DNA of 64,000 bases from the human T2T-CHM13v2.0 reference genome, Homo sapiens. The stretch is taken from assembly GCF_009914755.1 (NCBI RefSeq), contig NC_060928.1. One strand, given 5' to 3'. Both the position numbers and the translations under genes were made by a program. The notes under the pieces are model-generated. The model searched no databases. It saw nothing but the letters and a program-made list of their open reading frames with translations, and was not told the origin of the DNA. This document shows positions 58,528-64,000 of this stretch, one piece after another. How positions within the stretch are numbered: position 1 is the first letter of the stretch; each line of letters begins with the position of its first letter.

Positions 58528-58799
58528 TTTTCTTTTTTAAAAAAAAATTCCCATTTGTTTCCTGACTTTCATTTTATTTTATTTTATTTTATTATTATTA
58601 TACTTTGAGTTTTAGGGTACATGTGCACAATGTGCAGGTTAGTTACATATGTATACATGTGCCATGCTGGTGCCCTGCACCCATTAACTCGTCATTTAGC
58701 ATTAGGTATATCTCCCAATGCTATCCCTCCCCCCTCCCCCCACCCCACAACAGTCCCCAGAGTGTGATGTTCCCCTTCCTGTGTCCATGTGTTCTCATT

Positions 58800-62622
<3,823 letters not shown>

Positions 62623-62685
62623 TATGATGTTATCTGGTTATTTTGCTCATTGGTTGATGCAGTTTCTTCCTAGCCTGGATGGTCT

Positions 62686-63710
62686 TTACAATTTGGCATG
62701 ATTTTGCAGTGGCTGGTACCGGTTGTTCCTTTCCATGTTTAGTGCTTTCTTCAGGAGCTCTTGTAGGGCAGGCCTGGTGGTGACAAAATCTCTCAGCATT
62801 TGCTTGTCTGTAAAGTATTTTATTTCTCCTTCACTTATGAAGCTTAGTTTGTCTGGATATGAAATTCTGGGTTGAAAATTCTTTTCTTTAAGAATGTTGT
62901 ATATTGGTGCCCACTCTCTTCTGGCTTGTAGAGTTTCTGCTGAGGGATCAGCTGTTAGTCTCATGGGCTTCCCTTTGTGGGTAACCCGACCTTTCTCTCT
63001 GGCTGCCCTTAACATTTTTTCCTTCATTTCAACTTTGGTGAATCTGACAATTATATGTCTTGGAGTTGCTCTTCTCAAGGAGTATCTTTGTGGCGTTCTC
63101 TGTATTTCCTGAATCTGAATGTTGGCCTGCCTTGCTAGATTGGGGAAGTTCTCCTGGATAATATCCTGCAGAGTGTTTTCCAACTTGGTTCCATTCTCCC
63201 CGTCGCTTTCAGGTACACCAATCAGATGCAGATTTGGTCTTTTCACATAGTCCCATATTTCTTGGAGGCTTTGTTCATTTCTTTTTATTCTTTTTTCTCT
63301 AAACTTCCCTTCTCACTTCATTTCATTCATTTGATCTTCCATCACTGATACCCTTTCTTCCAGTTGATTGCAGTGGATCCTGAGGCTTCTGCATTCTTCA
63401 CATGGTTCTCGAGCCTTGGCTTTCAGCTCCATCAGCTCGTTTAGGCACTTCTCTGTATTTCTGTATTGGTTATTCTAGTTATACATTCGTCTAAATATTT
63501 TTCAAAGTTTTTAACTTCTTTGCCTTTGGTTTGAATTTCCTCCTGTAGCTTGGAGTAGTTTGATTGTCTGAAGCCTTCTTCTCTCAACTCGTCAAAGTCA
63601 TTCTCCATCCAGCTTTGTTCCATTGCTGGTGAGGAACTGCGTTCCTTTGGAGGAGGAGAGGTGCTCTGCTTTTTAGAGTTTCCAGTTTTTCTGCTCTGTT
63701 TTTTCCCCAT
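62686..63710 (-). pseudogene. L1 ORF1p remnant (8-bp duplication frameshift at 63452-63467; TGA at 63313-63315)
   Basis: MGKKQSRKTGNSK start; TCTGTATT is duplicated; the C-terminal 186 aa are open. Confidence 0.92.
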
Positions 63711-64000
63711 CTTTGTGGTTTTATCTACTTTTGGTCTTTGATGATGGTGATGTACAGATGGGTTTTTGGTGTGGATGTCCTTTCTGTTTGTTAGTTTTCC
63801 TTCTAACAGACAGGACCCTCAGCTGCAGGTCTGTTGGAGTTTGCTAGAGGTCCACTCCAGACCCTGTTTGCCTGGGTACCAGCAGCGGTGGCTGCAGAAT
63901 AGCGGATTTTCATGAACTGTGAATGCTGCTGTCTGATCGTTCCTCTGGAAGTTTTGTCTCAGAGGAGTACCAGGCCGTGTGAGGTGTCAGTTTGCCCCTA

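Overview
AT-rich primate genomic DNA, most likely human (a five-diagnostic AluYa5 and an AluYc1-like copy are present). It is intergenic or deep-intronic: I recognise no protein-coding exon, RNA gene or CpG-island promoter. Most of the window is transposon-derived. It holds a near-complete ancient L1MC-type LINE (1-13.7 kb) split by Alus, an L1MA 3' end and a full-length L1PA4/5 with TSDs, a near-complete L1MA-type element (42.8-50.4 kb), a HAL1, and an L1PA3 running off the right edge. It also holds about 12 Alus, several MaLR solo LTRs, an ERV1-type LTR, a probable hAT-Tip100 fossil and L2/MIR fragments. All informative ORFs in the track are broken L1 ORF1/ORF2 pieces or Alu/repeat artefacts. 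I find no convincing new biological system. The best observations are small molecular scars: a 28-nt orphan poly(A)-tailed retro-insertion with TSDs, an Alu whose linker was replaced by an inverted templated 9-mer, two candidate L1 3' transductions, the same ORF1 R130* stop in two independent L1s, and young, possibly polymorphic Alus. Repeat subfamily names come from recalled consensus sequences and need RepeatMasker/Dfam confirmation; the boundaries of old repeats are approximate.
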